From: a virus
Lineage: Duplodnaviria > Caudoviricetes
DNA: 64,000 nucleotides
Strand: one strand, 5' to 3'
Virus record (IMG/VR): IMGVR_UViG_3300032123_000052
Coordinates: 144,086 to 208,085 of that record
The translations under genes and the position numbers were made by a program. Below the pieces are notes generated by a model, which saw only the letters and a list, made by a program, of their open reading frames with translations, searched no databases and was not told the DNA's origin. Below are positions 37,606-46,183 of the stretch, one piece after another; within the stretch, counting starts at the first letter, position 1; each line of letters opens with the position of its first letter.

Positions 37606-37782
37606 TTATGAATCAATTCCATCAATCCACCATGTTTTTCCACAGTCCAAACATTTATAATTATAATCTTCATATCCACCACAAGACGATTTCAAAGTAC
37701 GGTATTCAACATTTTTACTTTTACAATCAGGGTTGCGGCATATTGCACGTTCACACTTGATCCATTCTCCATAATCACCCAT
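37606..37782 (-). CDS. zinc-ribbon protein (58 aa, not in track)
   Basis: CRNPDC.S...YKCLDCGKTW; AAGGAG RBS. Confidence 0.6.
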   Translation of the reverse strand: MGDYGEWIKCERAICRNPDCKSKNVEYRTLKSSCGGYEDYNYKCLDCGKTWWIDGIDS

Positions 37783-37842
37783 GCTTTTACTCCTTTAATG
37801 AGCCAAACTATAATTATAATCGGGAAAAATCAAATTTCTCCC

Positions 37843-37896
37843 AACGTTCGATAAATGTTTGACCATTATCTTTACCAATGGCAAACTTTATTTGTT
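37843..37896. repeat. attC-like palindrome E
   Basis: AAC-GTTCG-ATAAA(T)GTTTG(A)CCATT ... AATGG-CAAAC-TTTAT-TT-GTT: 15 bp arms with two extrahelical bases. Confidence 0.65.
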
Positions 37897-37968
37897 ATAA
37901 TATTTATTGAAAGCTTCCATATTATTGCGAAACACGGGTTAATTAAAATTACCGATAATATTTCTCAC

Positions 37969-38019
37969 AACGCCCGATCAGTGTCCATTGTTTCCGACTA
38001 TATTTGGACTTGATTTGCT
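37969..38019. repeat. attC-like palindrome D
   Basis: AAC-GCCCG-ATCAG(T)GTCCA ... TGGAC-TTGAT-TT-GCT; contains stop of 37978..38352. Confidence 0.55.
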
Positions 38020-38352
38020 GGATGTTGTGGAGGATTTACCACTTATAAAGGCGCATTCTTTAGGTATTCCAGGAACCTTTTGATACACCCACCGTTCAAG
38101 CCCATCATACTCTCTTCTATCGCTCCAAGTTCCATCTTTATACCAAATTGTGCCATATAACCTTCGACCGCCAAAACCAGAATCATAATCAAAGTCTAAT
38201 GAATTGATAAACAAATCCATTTCATCATTATTAAAACCAACCGAAAGGATGTAGGACTTTCTATTATCATAACTTTCTTCATGTTCAATTAGCGCACAAA
38301 TCACCGCTTTATTGGCGGATTCCTCTAAAAATTCCTCTTTTGCGTTTTTCAT
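37978..38352 (-). CDS. conserved phage hypothetical protein
   Basis: LDFDYDSGFGGRRLYGTIWYKDGTWSDRREYDG.E.W motif. Confidence 0.7.
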   Translation of the reverse strand: MKNAKEEFLEESANKAVICALIEHEESYDNRKSYILSVGFNNDEMDLFINSLDFDYDSGFGGRRLYGTIWYKDGTWSDRREYDGLERWVYQKVPGIPKECAFISGKSSTTSSKSSPNIVGNNGH

Positions 38353-38672
38353 ATTTTTCCCTTCTTGCTGTTCGCCAAAAGTTCAATATAAAAAGCCTTA
38401 ATTTTTGGCATGAGATATTTATCTCTAACCCTCTCAACAACACAGCAAATTCCGTTGTGATGTTCCTCCCATCTTCGGCAGGAGTCTTCATACAATGTTA
38501 ATAGATCCCAAAACTGATATATATTTTGTGGTGGAGATAGAGCAGCGTCATATTTGAAGAACCAATGCTTCTCTAATTCCTTTTTGGTTTTGGAATATAA
38601 TTTTTTGTCGAAGGAGGAACTTATCGAGGTGATTACGTTTTTTATATTCTTTTTTAATTTTTCTTCATTCAC
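38349..38672 (-). CDS. hypothetical protein
   Basis: ORF track. Confidence 0.55.
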   Translation of the reverse strand: MNEEKLKKNIKNVITSISSSFDKKLYSKTKKELEKHWFFKYDAALSPPQNIYQFWDLLTLYEDSCRRWEEHHNGICCVVERVRDKYLMPKIKAFYIELLANSKKGKI

Positions 38673-38704
38673 ACAATACCCTTTTGATTAATTGTGTACA
38701 ACAT

Positions 38705-38908
38705 TTACAAAAAGAATGACACCACAGAGACACTTCCAATAATTATACACACCCAAAGCACAATAGCTAAGAAAATGCTATCACGACATTGGAATGTCAA
38801 AATCTCGAACAAAGATTCATAATATTTTACAATCCATTTAATCATATAAGCCGCAAAAATTACCAGAAAGATATAGCGAAGCCCATCAAGATAGTCCCAA
38901 ATTCTCAT
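38705..38908 (-). CDS. small two-helix membrane protein
   Basis: Two hydrophobic segments; GAGG RBS. Confidence 0.55.
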   Translation of the reverse strand: MRIWDYLDGLRYIFLVIFAAYMIKWIVKYYESLFEILTFQCRDSIFLAIVLWVCIIIGSVSVVSFFL

Positions 38909-38945
38909 ATAATCCTCTTTCGTAAATTATAATGCCGGTTTTATG

Positions 38946-39659
38946 TTATAGAGATATTTTTATTTTACGCTCTTTGCAAAGAGCGACAAACAATTCGAGC
39001 CCTCGTAGTTTTGGTTTTCCCTTTTTCCACAACGATCTTTTTTCTGCGAAATAAAAATCTCTCATTTGTGTCTTATATTGACATGGACCACCCGTAGCCC
39101 ATGTGTCCATAGCCTTATACCCAATGAATTCAGCATCGTGTCGCATGAGTTCCAGAATCAAACTATCGGACAAAGTGCCCCAAGAAATTTTCAAAATTGT
39201 AGAGATAGAATACCTGGCGTAATTCAGCGAGGCGCCATTAAGCGAGGCACAATTCAGCGATGCCTCAATCAGCGAGACGCGATCCAACAACGCGTCAATC
39301 AGCGATGCCTCAATCAGCGATGCCTCAATCAGCGATGCATCAATCAGCGACGCGCCATTCAGCGATGCGCGATTCAGCGATGTGCGATTCAGCGAGGCAC
39401 AATTCAGCGATGCGCCATTAAGCGAGGCACAATTCAGCGAGGCACAATTCAGCGATGCCTCATTCAGCGATGCGCCATTCAGCGAGGCACAATTCATCGA
39501 TGCCTCATTCAGCGATGCGCCATTCAGCGATGCGCCATTCAACATGGCGTGGGAAAAATTGACACCTTTTGCAACGCCATCTATAAGACATTTTTTTATA
39601 TTTTTTCCTGGAATTGTATGTATTACGTCGTCGTTGTCCCAACGTATAATTTCTGCCAT
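38946..39659 (-). CDS. pentapeptide repeat protein
   Basis: 22 A-S-L-[N/I]-x pentapeptides. Confidence 0.9.
   Translation of the reverse strand: MAEIIRWDNDDVIHTIPGKNIKKCLIDGVAKGVNFSHAMLNGASLNGASLNEASMNCASLNGASLNEASLNCASLNCASLNGASLNCASLNRTSLNRASLNGASLIDASLIEASLIEASLIDALLDRVSLIEASLNCASLNGASLNYARYSISTILKISWGTLSDSLILELMRHDAEFIGYKAMDTWATGGPCQYKTQMRDFYFAEKRSLWKKGKPKLRGLELFVALCKERKIKISL
39219..39548 (-). repeat. 22 x 15-nt tandem repeat (pentapeptide coding)
   Basis: 330 nt of CAGCGA(T/G)GC(C/G)..ATT-type units. Confidence 0.9.
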
Positions 39660-39714
39660 TTTTTTTTACCTTTTGTTAATTGTGATTATTTACCTTTGTT
39701 TGTTGTAAGATGTG

Positions 39715-39951
39715 TCAAATTTTCTCCTTAGAAATCAGCGCAATAAATTTGTCCGCTTCAGCGCGGTCAGTATCCTTTTCGGCGTTGGGTAGTTCTTGAT
39801 ATGATATACGCATCTGCCTAGTCCATCTTTCAACCGCCCAACGAGGCATAGTCCATGTACCATCACTGGTATTAAACGTTCCTTTTTCAAACAAATATTT
39901 CATCCATCCAGACCATTGCTCGTGACACAGTTCAGCAATATTTTCGCGCAT
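39715..39951 (-). CDS. hypothetical protein
   Basis: GGAGG RBS; W-rich. Confidence 0.65.
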   Translation of the reverse strand: MRENIAELCHEQWSGWMKYLFEKGTFNTSDGTWTMPRWAVERWTRQMRISYQELPNAEKDTDRAEADKFIALISKEKI

Positions 39952-39989
39952 ATAACCTCCAGTGAAAAATTTATTTCCCCCAACGTTGA

Positions 39990-40286
39990 TTAGGTGTATT
40001 GTTGTACTATTTTTTCCAGCAAACCGGTTACATCATCAGCATATTTCCCGATACCCATTATATGATTAGTATGATAATACTGGCCGATTTCAGAAAGCAA
40101 TGATTCACTTTGTTTGTTGGTGGAAGTCATTTTTTTTACCTTAGTGTCAGGCTGGCGCTCTGCTTCAACATTGGCAACAGCCTGTTTAAGGGTTGAACCG
40201 CAAGTGCCAACATATTGCACACCATCCTTCCACCATGCATGTCGAGTTAAACCTTCTATAATTCCATCATAATAATTGCCAGCCAT
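39990..40286 (-). CDS. hypothetical protein
   Basis: Start MAGNYY at 40286 behind GGAGG; leader nearly identical to that of 39715..39951. Confidence 0.6.
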   Translation of the reverse strand: MAGNYYDGIIEGLTRHAWWKDGVQYVGTCGSTLKQAVANVEAERQPDTKVKKMTSTNKQSESLLSEIGQYYHTNHIMGIGKYADDVTGLLEKIVQQYT

Positions 40287-40316
40287 ATAACCTCCAGAGA
40301 AAAATTTATTTATACC

Positions 40317-40406
40317 AACATTTGAGAAACGGTTGTCTTGTCCGTGCGCTATAAATAACCGATTTTGCGACTGATTTTCGGTAGGGCATGGCAACCTTTC
40401 TTTGTT
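40317..40406. repeat. attC-like palindrome G
   Basis: AAC-ATTTG-AGAAA(C)GGTTG ... CAACC-TTTCT-TT-GTT. Confidence 0.6.
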
Positions 40407-40509
40407 GTATGTTGATTTTGAAATCTCCGCATTATTCTTTTTTGGCCGTTGTTGCGCTACGCCATTCATTGACGTATGCTAAAATACCATCTGAGGAGTA
40501 AAATGTCTA

Positions 40510-40833
40510 TTAATCCAAACCAAAACACTTGCGGCACAAATAGCCACTTTTAGACGGCTCACCTTCTCCTGGCTCCATTGGTGGCAAAACAATTCCACAG
40601 TTATTACATTTTATTTCTTCACTTTGTTTGTTGTGCGATGGTTTTTCGCTTCCAAATAATTCTTTGCGAATGGTATCACAGGCATCGCTTATAGTGCGAA
40701 AGCAACCGCCTATTTGAACAGACTCCATATCGGAATCCATTGCCAAACCTTCAATTATTCCAAATGCTTCTTTAATATTCATATAAGCAACTCCAATCTC
40801 TAAAAGAAAAACTTTTGACACAACGGTTGACAA
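40510..40833 (-). CDS. hypothetical protein with C-terminal CxxC..CxxC
   Basis: Start probably MNIKEAF; CNNC...CRKC. Confidence 0.55.
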   Translation of the reverse strand: MSTVVSKVFLLEIGVAYMNIKEAFGIIEGLAMDSDMESVQIGGCFRTISDACDTIRKELFGSEKPSHNKQSEEIKCNNCGIVLPPMEPGEGEPSKSGYLCRKCFGLD

Positions 40834-40911
40834 ATGTGTGTCGTTGCGCTATTTATCCCAATAGTATGCAGGGAGCCTACCTTGATAAATCTTCCCGCTT
40901 TAAATTGATAA

Positions 40912-41196
40912 TTATTTCAACCATCCGCGCAACGTGTCAACTATATAACTACCGCTCATTTCCAACCCATTGCGCTTATTTGCGCGATGAACTTTATTTG
41001 CAAATGCGGAAATTTTAACCTTTATCCGCTGTAGGCTGTTAACCGATTCCTTAGATTCCTGAGAATTTTTGTATTGCCATGACACATTTCCGCCAGCACC
41101 AATTACAAGAAAGACTGTGGTTTCTTCATCAAGATCGATACTGATACCTGTTACAACTTTGCCATCCACTCTTGATAATACATCTTTTGCTTTCAT
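40912..41196 (-). CDS. hypothetical protein
   Basis: Start MKAKD at 41196 behind AGGAG. Confidence 0.55.
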   Translation of the reverse strand: MKAKDVLSRVDGKVVTGISIDLDEETTVFLVIGAGGNVSWQYKNSQESKESVNSLQRIKVKISAFANKVHRANKRNGLEMSGSYIVDTLRGWLK

Positions 41197-41232
41197 AAAA
41201 ATTCTCCTATCATTTAAAGGTTGATTGCATAC

Positions 41233-41285
41233 AACGTTCGACGCAATCCCGATACCAGCTTTATCAGTTTTTGGCTGCATTTGTT
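41233..41285. repeat. attC-like palindrome I
   Basis: AAC-GTTCG-ACGCAA(T)CC ... GG-CTGCAT-TT-GTT. Confidence 0.5.
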
Positions 41286-41295
41286 GTGAGATGCA

Positions 41296-41490
41296 TCAAG
41301 CGGTTTCAACTAATTTTTTTAGCGTTGGTTTGAACTTTGGCATAATAATTCCAATAAAACAACCAAGGCCATTCCATCTTTTAATCCTCCAACCACAAGA
41401 ACATTTATCATTGTCGGAGCCATTGCCACCCCTTTCACACTCACTGCACGAGACCCACAATTTTCCCCCTGAATCATAACAACTTCTCAT
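41296..41490 (-). CDS. small Cys-rich protein
   Basis: WVSCSECERG...KCSCGW..GC. Confidence 0.55.
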   Translation of the reverse strand: MRSCYDSGGKLWVSCSECERGGNGSDNDKCSCGWRIKRWNGLGCFIGIIMPKFKPTLKKLVETA

Positions 41491-41557
41491 AACAATTCCT
41501 TTTTTTTTTGCGCCGAAATACAATATGCTTTTTAGTTTGACATTTTACAACGTTCGA

Positions 41558-41842
41558 TCAGGTGTAAAGTTTCCGATATATAAAATTATAAACTCTACGT
41601 ATCACCCCAAGCTCAATAGTATGCTGAACCAAATCTTCAAGTGAATCGAACCTATTACAATTAATATCAACTTCCTCTAATTTAAGAAATTTCATACTTG
41701 ATTTGTTGTCGGATTTTAATTTTTCTGCCGCTAATTTATGAAAATCGCAACATAGCTGACAGCCACAACTGTTACGTATAGCACATATTTTACCCGCAAA
41801 ACACTCACCTCGATTTTTAGGAATTTTCACTATAAGCTCCAA
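41558..41842 (-). CDS. hypothetical protein
   Basis: Cys-rich; stop sits in an attC-like half-site. Confidence 0.55.
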   Translation of the reverse strand: MELIVKIPKNRGECFAGKICAIRNSCGCQLCCDFHKLAAEKLKSDNKSSMKFLKLEEVDINCNRFDSLEDLVQHTIELGVIRRVYNFIYRKLYT

Positions 41843-42197
41843 GAAAAATTATTGAAACCAATGTTCCAGAAACAAATGTCCGTTTTAATGGCATTCTTTC
41901 TGTATCGTGGATGGTGTTGCCCAACCCTTGCAGAAAGATTGCCATGTGCCACAATATTCACAGCCATAGGCGCATGTATCATAATAGTTATAACTGCCGT
42001 TAAATTGGACAACATTTGTTTTATAACAATACTTACAAATGACACTATATTTCCGTTTCATAAACACCGCCTATGATATGTTAAAAAAAAACATTTCTTA
42101 CAAGTGTGTGCGAAGTTATCATTTCTCCATTTCTTTATAAATATGTTTGTAGAAGAATTCGTCTGCGCATTTATCACTGCAGAAATTTATTAATGGG

Positions 42198-42416
42198 TTA
42201 TAAAACTTTACAAAAACCTTCTGACTCCCATTGTGCAATTGCCATGAACTGAGACTTTAATATTTCCATTCCTTTATTACCACATTTACATTCCAATCGA
42301 TACGCACACCCATTGTATGATGAGCCATTATCTCCACAGTATTTTTGAATTTCCGGTATGGTATTGCAAGTTGTACAAAAAACTCTCCCCTTATCATCTA
42401 TTCGTTTCTTATTCAT
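42198..42416 (-). CDS. zinc-ribbon protein
   Basis: CTTC...CKCG. Confidence 0.55.
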   Translation of the reverse strand: MNKKRIDDKGRVFCTTCNTIPEIQKYCGDNGSSYNGCAYRLECKCGNKGMEILKSQFMAIAQWESEGFCKVL

Positions 42417-42471
42417 AAATATTCCTTTTGTAACGAGCCAAACTACAATCGAAAAAAATCAAATTTATCAC

Positions 42472-42541
42472 AACGTTCCGCAAAAAGATGCTGTGGTGTA
42501 AAGGTAGAGGTTGGCTCCATTAATTTTTGCCTTTGTTTGTT
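42472..42541. repeat. attC-like palindrome K
   Basis: AAC-GTTCC-GCAAA ... TTTGT-TT-GTT. Confidence 0.45.
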
Positions 42542-42732
42542 GGGAGATGTGTTTTGGGTTCCTTAATGTAATTTTCCCACCACAGCCGCTTCGTTGCACT
42601 TGAAGGGGGAAACTTTCCATGATAAAAATTGCAAACAGCACAGTCATATAATTCAGGAGCAGAACTATTGCAACATGGACAGAACCCGAGCAGCATCCTA
42701 AGCTTACCTATTAAGATTTTTATTAACTTCAT
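42520..42732 (-). CDS. small zinc-binding protein
   Basis: CPCC..C.VC; GAGG RBS. Confidence 0.55.
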   Translation of the reverse strand: MKLIKILIGKLRMLLGFCPCCNSSAPELYDCAVCNFYHGKFPPSSATKRLWWENYIKEPKTHLPTNKGKN

Positions 42733-42796
42733 GGAAAACTCCTATTATAGTTCATCACAAAACTTATCCATGCTGCTTGCGAGCTATGGCATACTA

Positions 42797-43156
42797 TTAC
42801 TTCTTTAAAAATTGTGCATACATCGCCCGAGTGCGTCCAAGCTCTCCTGCCCAACTCCAGTTATTCATTATCAGGTTTTGAGCCTCATGCTCATCGAGCG
42901 CGATCTTATCCTCACATGATACTTCAAGCATCCTGATCGCACTGTCATACTCTTCCTCATGGCACACTGGAGCTAATAGAGGAACACGTAGAGAATTGTC
43001 GCCACCAGTTTTAAACTTTTCAAGCATCTCTTCCAAAGCTGCAATACCAGCTTCACGGAATTCTTTTTCTGCTTTTTCATACTCATCCAGATGAAGCTGT
43101 TTATTTGTTTTGAGAATGTTAAGCAACTCTACCTTTTCAACAAGAACCTGTTTCAT
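42797..43156 (-). CDS. conserved phage hypothetical protein
   Basis: 119 aa helical; P..H.EEYD.AI.ML motif. Confidence 0.7.
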   Translation of the reverse strand: MKQVLVEKVELLNILKTNKQLHLDEYEKAEKEFREAGIAALEEMLEKFKTGGDNSLRVPLLAPVCHEEEYDSAIRMLEVSCEDKIALDEHEAQNLIMNNWSWAGELGRTRAMYAQFLKK

Positions 43157-43260
43157 ATTACTATTCCTTTCATGATTTTTGCGAGAGGAAACCCCAACCC
43201 ACGTGGTTGTAGTTTACTTATAATATTTTGTACAAAATATCTGGTTTTATAACAGTATTA

Positions 43261-43656
43261 TGGAGGTGGGGACATCCGAGAGTCCCGTCCGTCAACGCCT
43301 TCAACCGAACTTCTACATGCTTAGTTTGTGATTTAATCTTACTGCCATCAGCTTCCACAAACAGAATCAAACGACAGCCAGCTTCTAATTTCACTTATGA
43401 GTCGAAGCGCCATCATAAGCTATGATCCTACGACTACCCGGAGATTACGGACCCATTCCTCCCAAGGTTTGTCATCTTTAATTAGATGACGGCGATGTCC
43501 TGCTTGGTGTTTGCATAACACATAGCGCCAAACATGACATTGAAATCTATATTGGTTTTGCCAATTAGACGTTTATCGGACGATTAGCGAGGCCAACCGA
43601 TAATCCTCGGCATGCAACTCAAATCTTCAAACGTTACGTCGATACCGTTCACCCCC
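43261..43656 (-). ncRNA. ssrA: tmRNA (396 nt)
   Basis: GGGGGTG/CACCTCC-A acceptor with G3.U70; GGTATCGAC D-loop motif; helix 2; pk1 (CGAGG/CCTCG plus TTATCGG/CCGATAA); tag ORF 43562-43482 with stop in the helix-5 loop; GAC + GGGAC/GTCCC T stem. Confidence 0.9.
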
Positions 43657-43830
43657 TTATTCGCAAATTAAACAACTTCTTTCTCTTCCTTCTCTTCATT
43701 ACTTTCAAGATCGAAGTAATCTCTATTCACAGCACAGTTCTGTGCCATGTCCTTAATATTGCATTCACTAAACCAGAAGCAATCTGTGTGTTGACAATCC
43801 ACAATATACCTTCTTATGGGCCAAGAGTGT

Positions 43831-44037
43831 TTATCCGCCTGGCAGATGAGCCCAGGCGAGCTTTATGATTGCGATAATTGACGCAATTCCTGAATAGACA
43901 AGAAATGTCATCCAGCTGACTTCCATAGATACAACCCATGTAGGGTGCTCATTTTTTAGAATGCCAAGCAATGACAGTAAGCACCATATAAATATCAGTA
44001 CCCATATTATAAATATAACCTCCATACCGCCTCCCAT
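43831..44037 (-). CDS. small membrane protein
   Basis: Two hydrophobic helices. Confidence 0.55.
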   Translation of the reverse strand: MGGGMEVIFIIWVLIFIWCLLSLLGILKNEHPTWVVSMEVSWMTFLVYSGIASIIAIIKLAWAHLPGG

Positions 44038-44118
44038 TAGTGAAAATGTTGGATAATATTAAGCCCGAATATAACTACACCTCCAAACATTGTTAAAATT
44101 ACAAAAATAATTATTTTT

Positions 44119-44370
44119 TTATTGCGTATCCGTATGCACTTCTCCCTTTTCATCTTCATTATTTCGATGTATCTCTGGTTCTCTTCCATCAGACCCATCC
44201 TTCTTGCCTTGATTCAGCAAGACAGCTGCGATAAATTTATATGTGTGTGCAATATGTGATATAATTTCTAACATAGTGTCAGACACAATCATAATTCGCT
44301 TGTTCAATATGTCATTCTGCTCGATAACAATATTAATCTTATCAATTATTATCGACTCAAACTCTGTCAA
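44119..44370 (-). CDS. hypothetical protein
   Basis: GGAGG RBS, TTG start. Confidence 0.5.
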   Translation of the reverse strand: MTEFESIIIDKINIVIEQNDILNKRIMIVSDTMLEIISHIAHTYKFIAAVLLNQGKKDGSDGREPEIHRNNEDEKGEVHTDTQ

Positions 44371-44424
44371 GTATTTCCTCCTTAAAAAAAGGGGGCCAGA
44401 AGCCCCCTGATTAACCGTTTAATT

Positions 44425-44688
44425 CTATTGGCCTTGTTTATACATTCCTTTTAAAATTTCATCCTCTTTTATCCGTCGGTCTGGAGGGGGAGGTGGTGGC
44501 GGCGGTGGCTTCTGATTTGATGGTTGAGCGGCTGCTTTTTTCAATATTTGAGCGATTATTATTGCTGCTGCGACAATAATTCCCAATACTATCCATCTAG
44601 TTCTACTCATACGGCTATCCCCCCTTTTTTTATTATGGTAAACGGCTGTTTTGTAATAGTCTAACAGAATAACCGCTTCTGTTCTCAC
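44425..44688 (-). CDS. single-pass membrane protein with polyproline tract
   Basis: TM helix then KPPPPPPPPPD; start probably MSRTRW. Confidence 0.55.
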   Translation of the reverse strand: MRTEAVILLDYYKTAVYHNKKRGDSRMSRTRWIVLGIIVAAAIIIAQILKKAAAQPSNQKPPPPPPPPPDRRIKEDEILKGMYKQGQ

Positions 44689-45931
44689 TAATGCCCCTTA
44701 TAATGCGGACACAATCATAATCTAGGCGTTGCACATACGAGTGTGATAATGGTGAGTTCGGACCTTTTGTAGAACTCCACAAACAACAGTTGTACCCAAT
44801 ACGCTGAAACTTACCACTAGGAAAACCACGATAACCCGCAGGAAGCGCTGTAAACATACTTCTATTATTTTTTGACAAATCTGTACCAATAGCTCCGAGG
44901 CCTGTGTCCGGTTCCATCCAATCTGTGTTGGCGGCTAATGATTTTGCTGCCTTATTACCCTCCGTCGTTCCATCCCAGTTGAAACCATTGGTTATTAAAT
45001 AATTATTCAAAGTATCCCACTCTGCGCTTGTTGGTACGTGCCATCCGGTCGGTGCTATTTTTTTTGGATTTTCCGAGTTTACCACATATTGGTTGTATAA
45101 CGCTCCGTACTTTTCTATACTGTCGGAATTGGTTGTATTGTTGTAATAACAGTATGCCGGCGTGGCTAATGTTGACCACACAGTGTCGTTTGTTATCATT
45201 GGTATTGGCGAACCGTCATTATACCTCGTTGCGCGCAGGTTTTTCATCATCCATGTTTGTGTTCCTATTTTTACTGTGTAGTACGCATTGCCATCTATAT
45301 CAACCACCATGTTAGGGCAGATTGTTAATTGTATGTTCATATCGTTTATATTTGTGCTTGTTATTGTTACTTGGTGATCAAAATACCCATCTTTAACAAT
45401 TTTTATAACTTCATCAGTTGATGTACAGCTTGCTGTAGCTATTGAGCTATTCGCGCTTACTGCTGTACTAGTTAATGCCCTACTGATAGAGTTATTCTTT
45501 AATACAAATTTATTATTACCAATTTTAATCTGATAGAAATAAATACCGACCCCTACACGCGGCAATGCTATTGAGCGCGTTCCAGCATTAATTGTTTTTC
45601 TTATTTCAGAAACAATTCTTCCCTGAGGTGTGTATACAACCACCTCTATCAATAATTCTTTCTGAACATTTACGAACAAAAAGCCATTAAATATCTCTAC
45701 AACATGTGTATAAGAAAGAGATTGTTTAATCTGATTACCTGTTATAACATCAGTAATCAAAAATTCTCCGTTCATTCCCGTAGTATCATTTAATCCAAAG
45801 CCTTCTAATATTACATTAGCACCGACTACAGGCATGCCACTTGTATCTGTTACGATACCGCTGATATTTATATTCTGGGCAATACATATGGATATAAACA
45901 TCAATCCTGTTAATAATGTTTTGATAGTCAT
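44633..45931 (-). CDS. secreted protein with Fibrobacter succinogenes major paralogous domain (Fib_succ_major)
   Basis: Signal peptide, ISGIVTD..G.PVVGANV beta-sandwich, then DIDGNAYYTVKIGTQTWMMKNLR..YND...YGALYN...APTGWHVPT.AEW...FTALPAGYR...WSST...GYSVR. Confidence 0.85.
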   Translation of the reverse strand: MTIKTLLTGLMFISICIAQNINISGIVTDTSGMPVVGANVILEGFGLNDTTGMNGEFLITDVITGNQIKQSLSYTHVVEIFNGFLFVNVQKELLIEVVVYTPQGRIVSEIRKTINAGTRSIALPRVGVGIYFYQIKIGNNKFVLKNNSISRALTSTAVSANSSIATASCTSTDEVIKIVKDGYFDHQVTITSTNINDMNIQLTICPNMVVDIDGNAYYTVKIGTQTWMMKNLRATRYNDGSPIPMITNDTVWSTLATPAYCYYNNTTNSDSIEKYGALYNQYVVNSENPKKIAPTGWHVPTSAEWDTLNNYLITNGFNWDGTTEGNKAAKSLAANTDWMEPDTGLGAIGTDLSKNNRSMFTALPAGYRGFPSGKFQRIGYNCCLWSSTKGPNSPLSHSYVQRLDYDCVRIIRGISENRSGYSVRLLQNSRLP

Positions 45932-46183
45932 AAAATCCTCCTTTTATATTCAAAAAGTACGCGGGGGAGCGTTTCCATTCCCCTGCGCGTTGATTATTCT
46001 ACTTAAGCTAATAATTACATTTGGCACTCTTTCTTTTAAAATGAAAGGAATAATTATTACTCTTACATAATAGTTATACCACATAATTCTATATTATAAC
46101 TATCTGTTGATTGAAAAAAAGGTGCTTTTAACATATATTGTAATTATAACCACAATCCATCTTTAAAAAATTGAGGATGATGC

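Noticed and set aside
39066-39731. 221-aa and 108-aa + strand ORFs over the pentapeptide gene; 246-aa alternate-frame ORF at 60944..61684
   Set aside because: Shadow ORFs produced by tandem repeats; the real frames are 38946..39659 (-) and 60136 onward (+).
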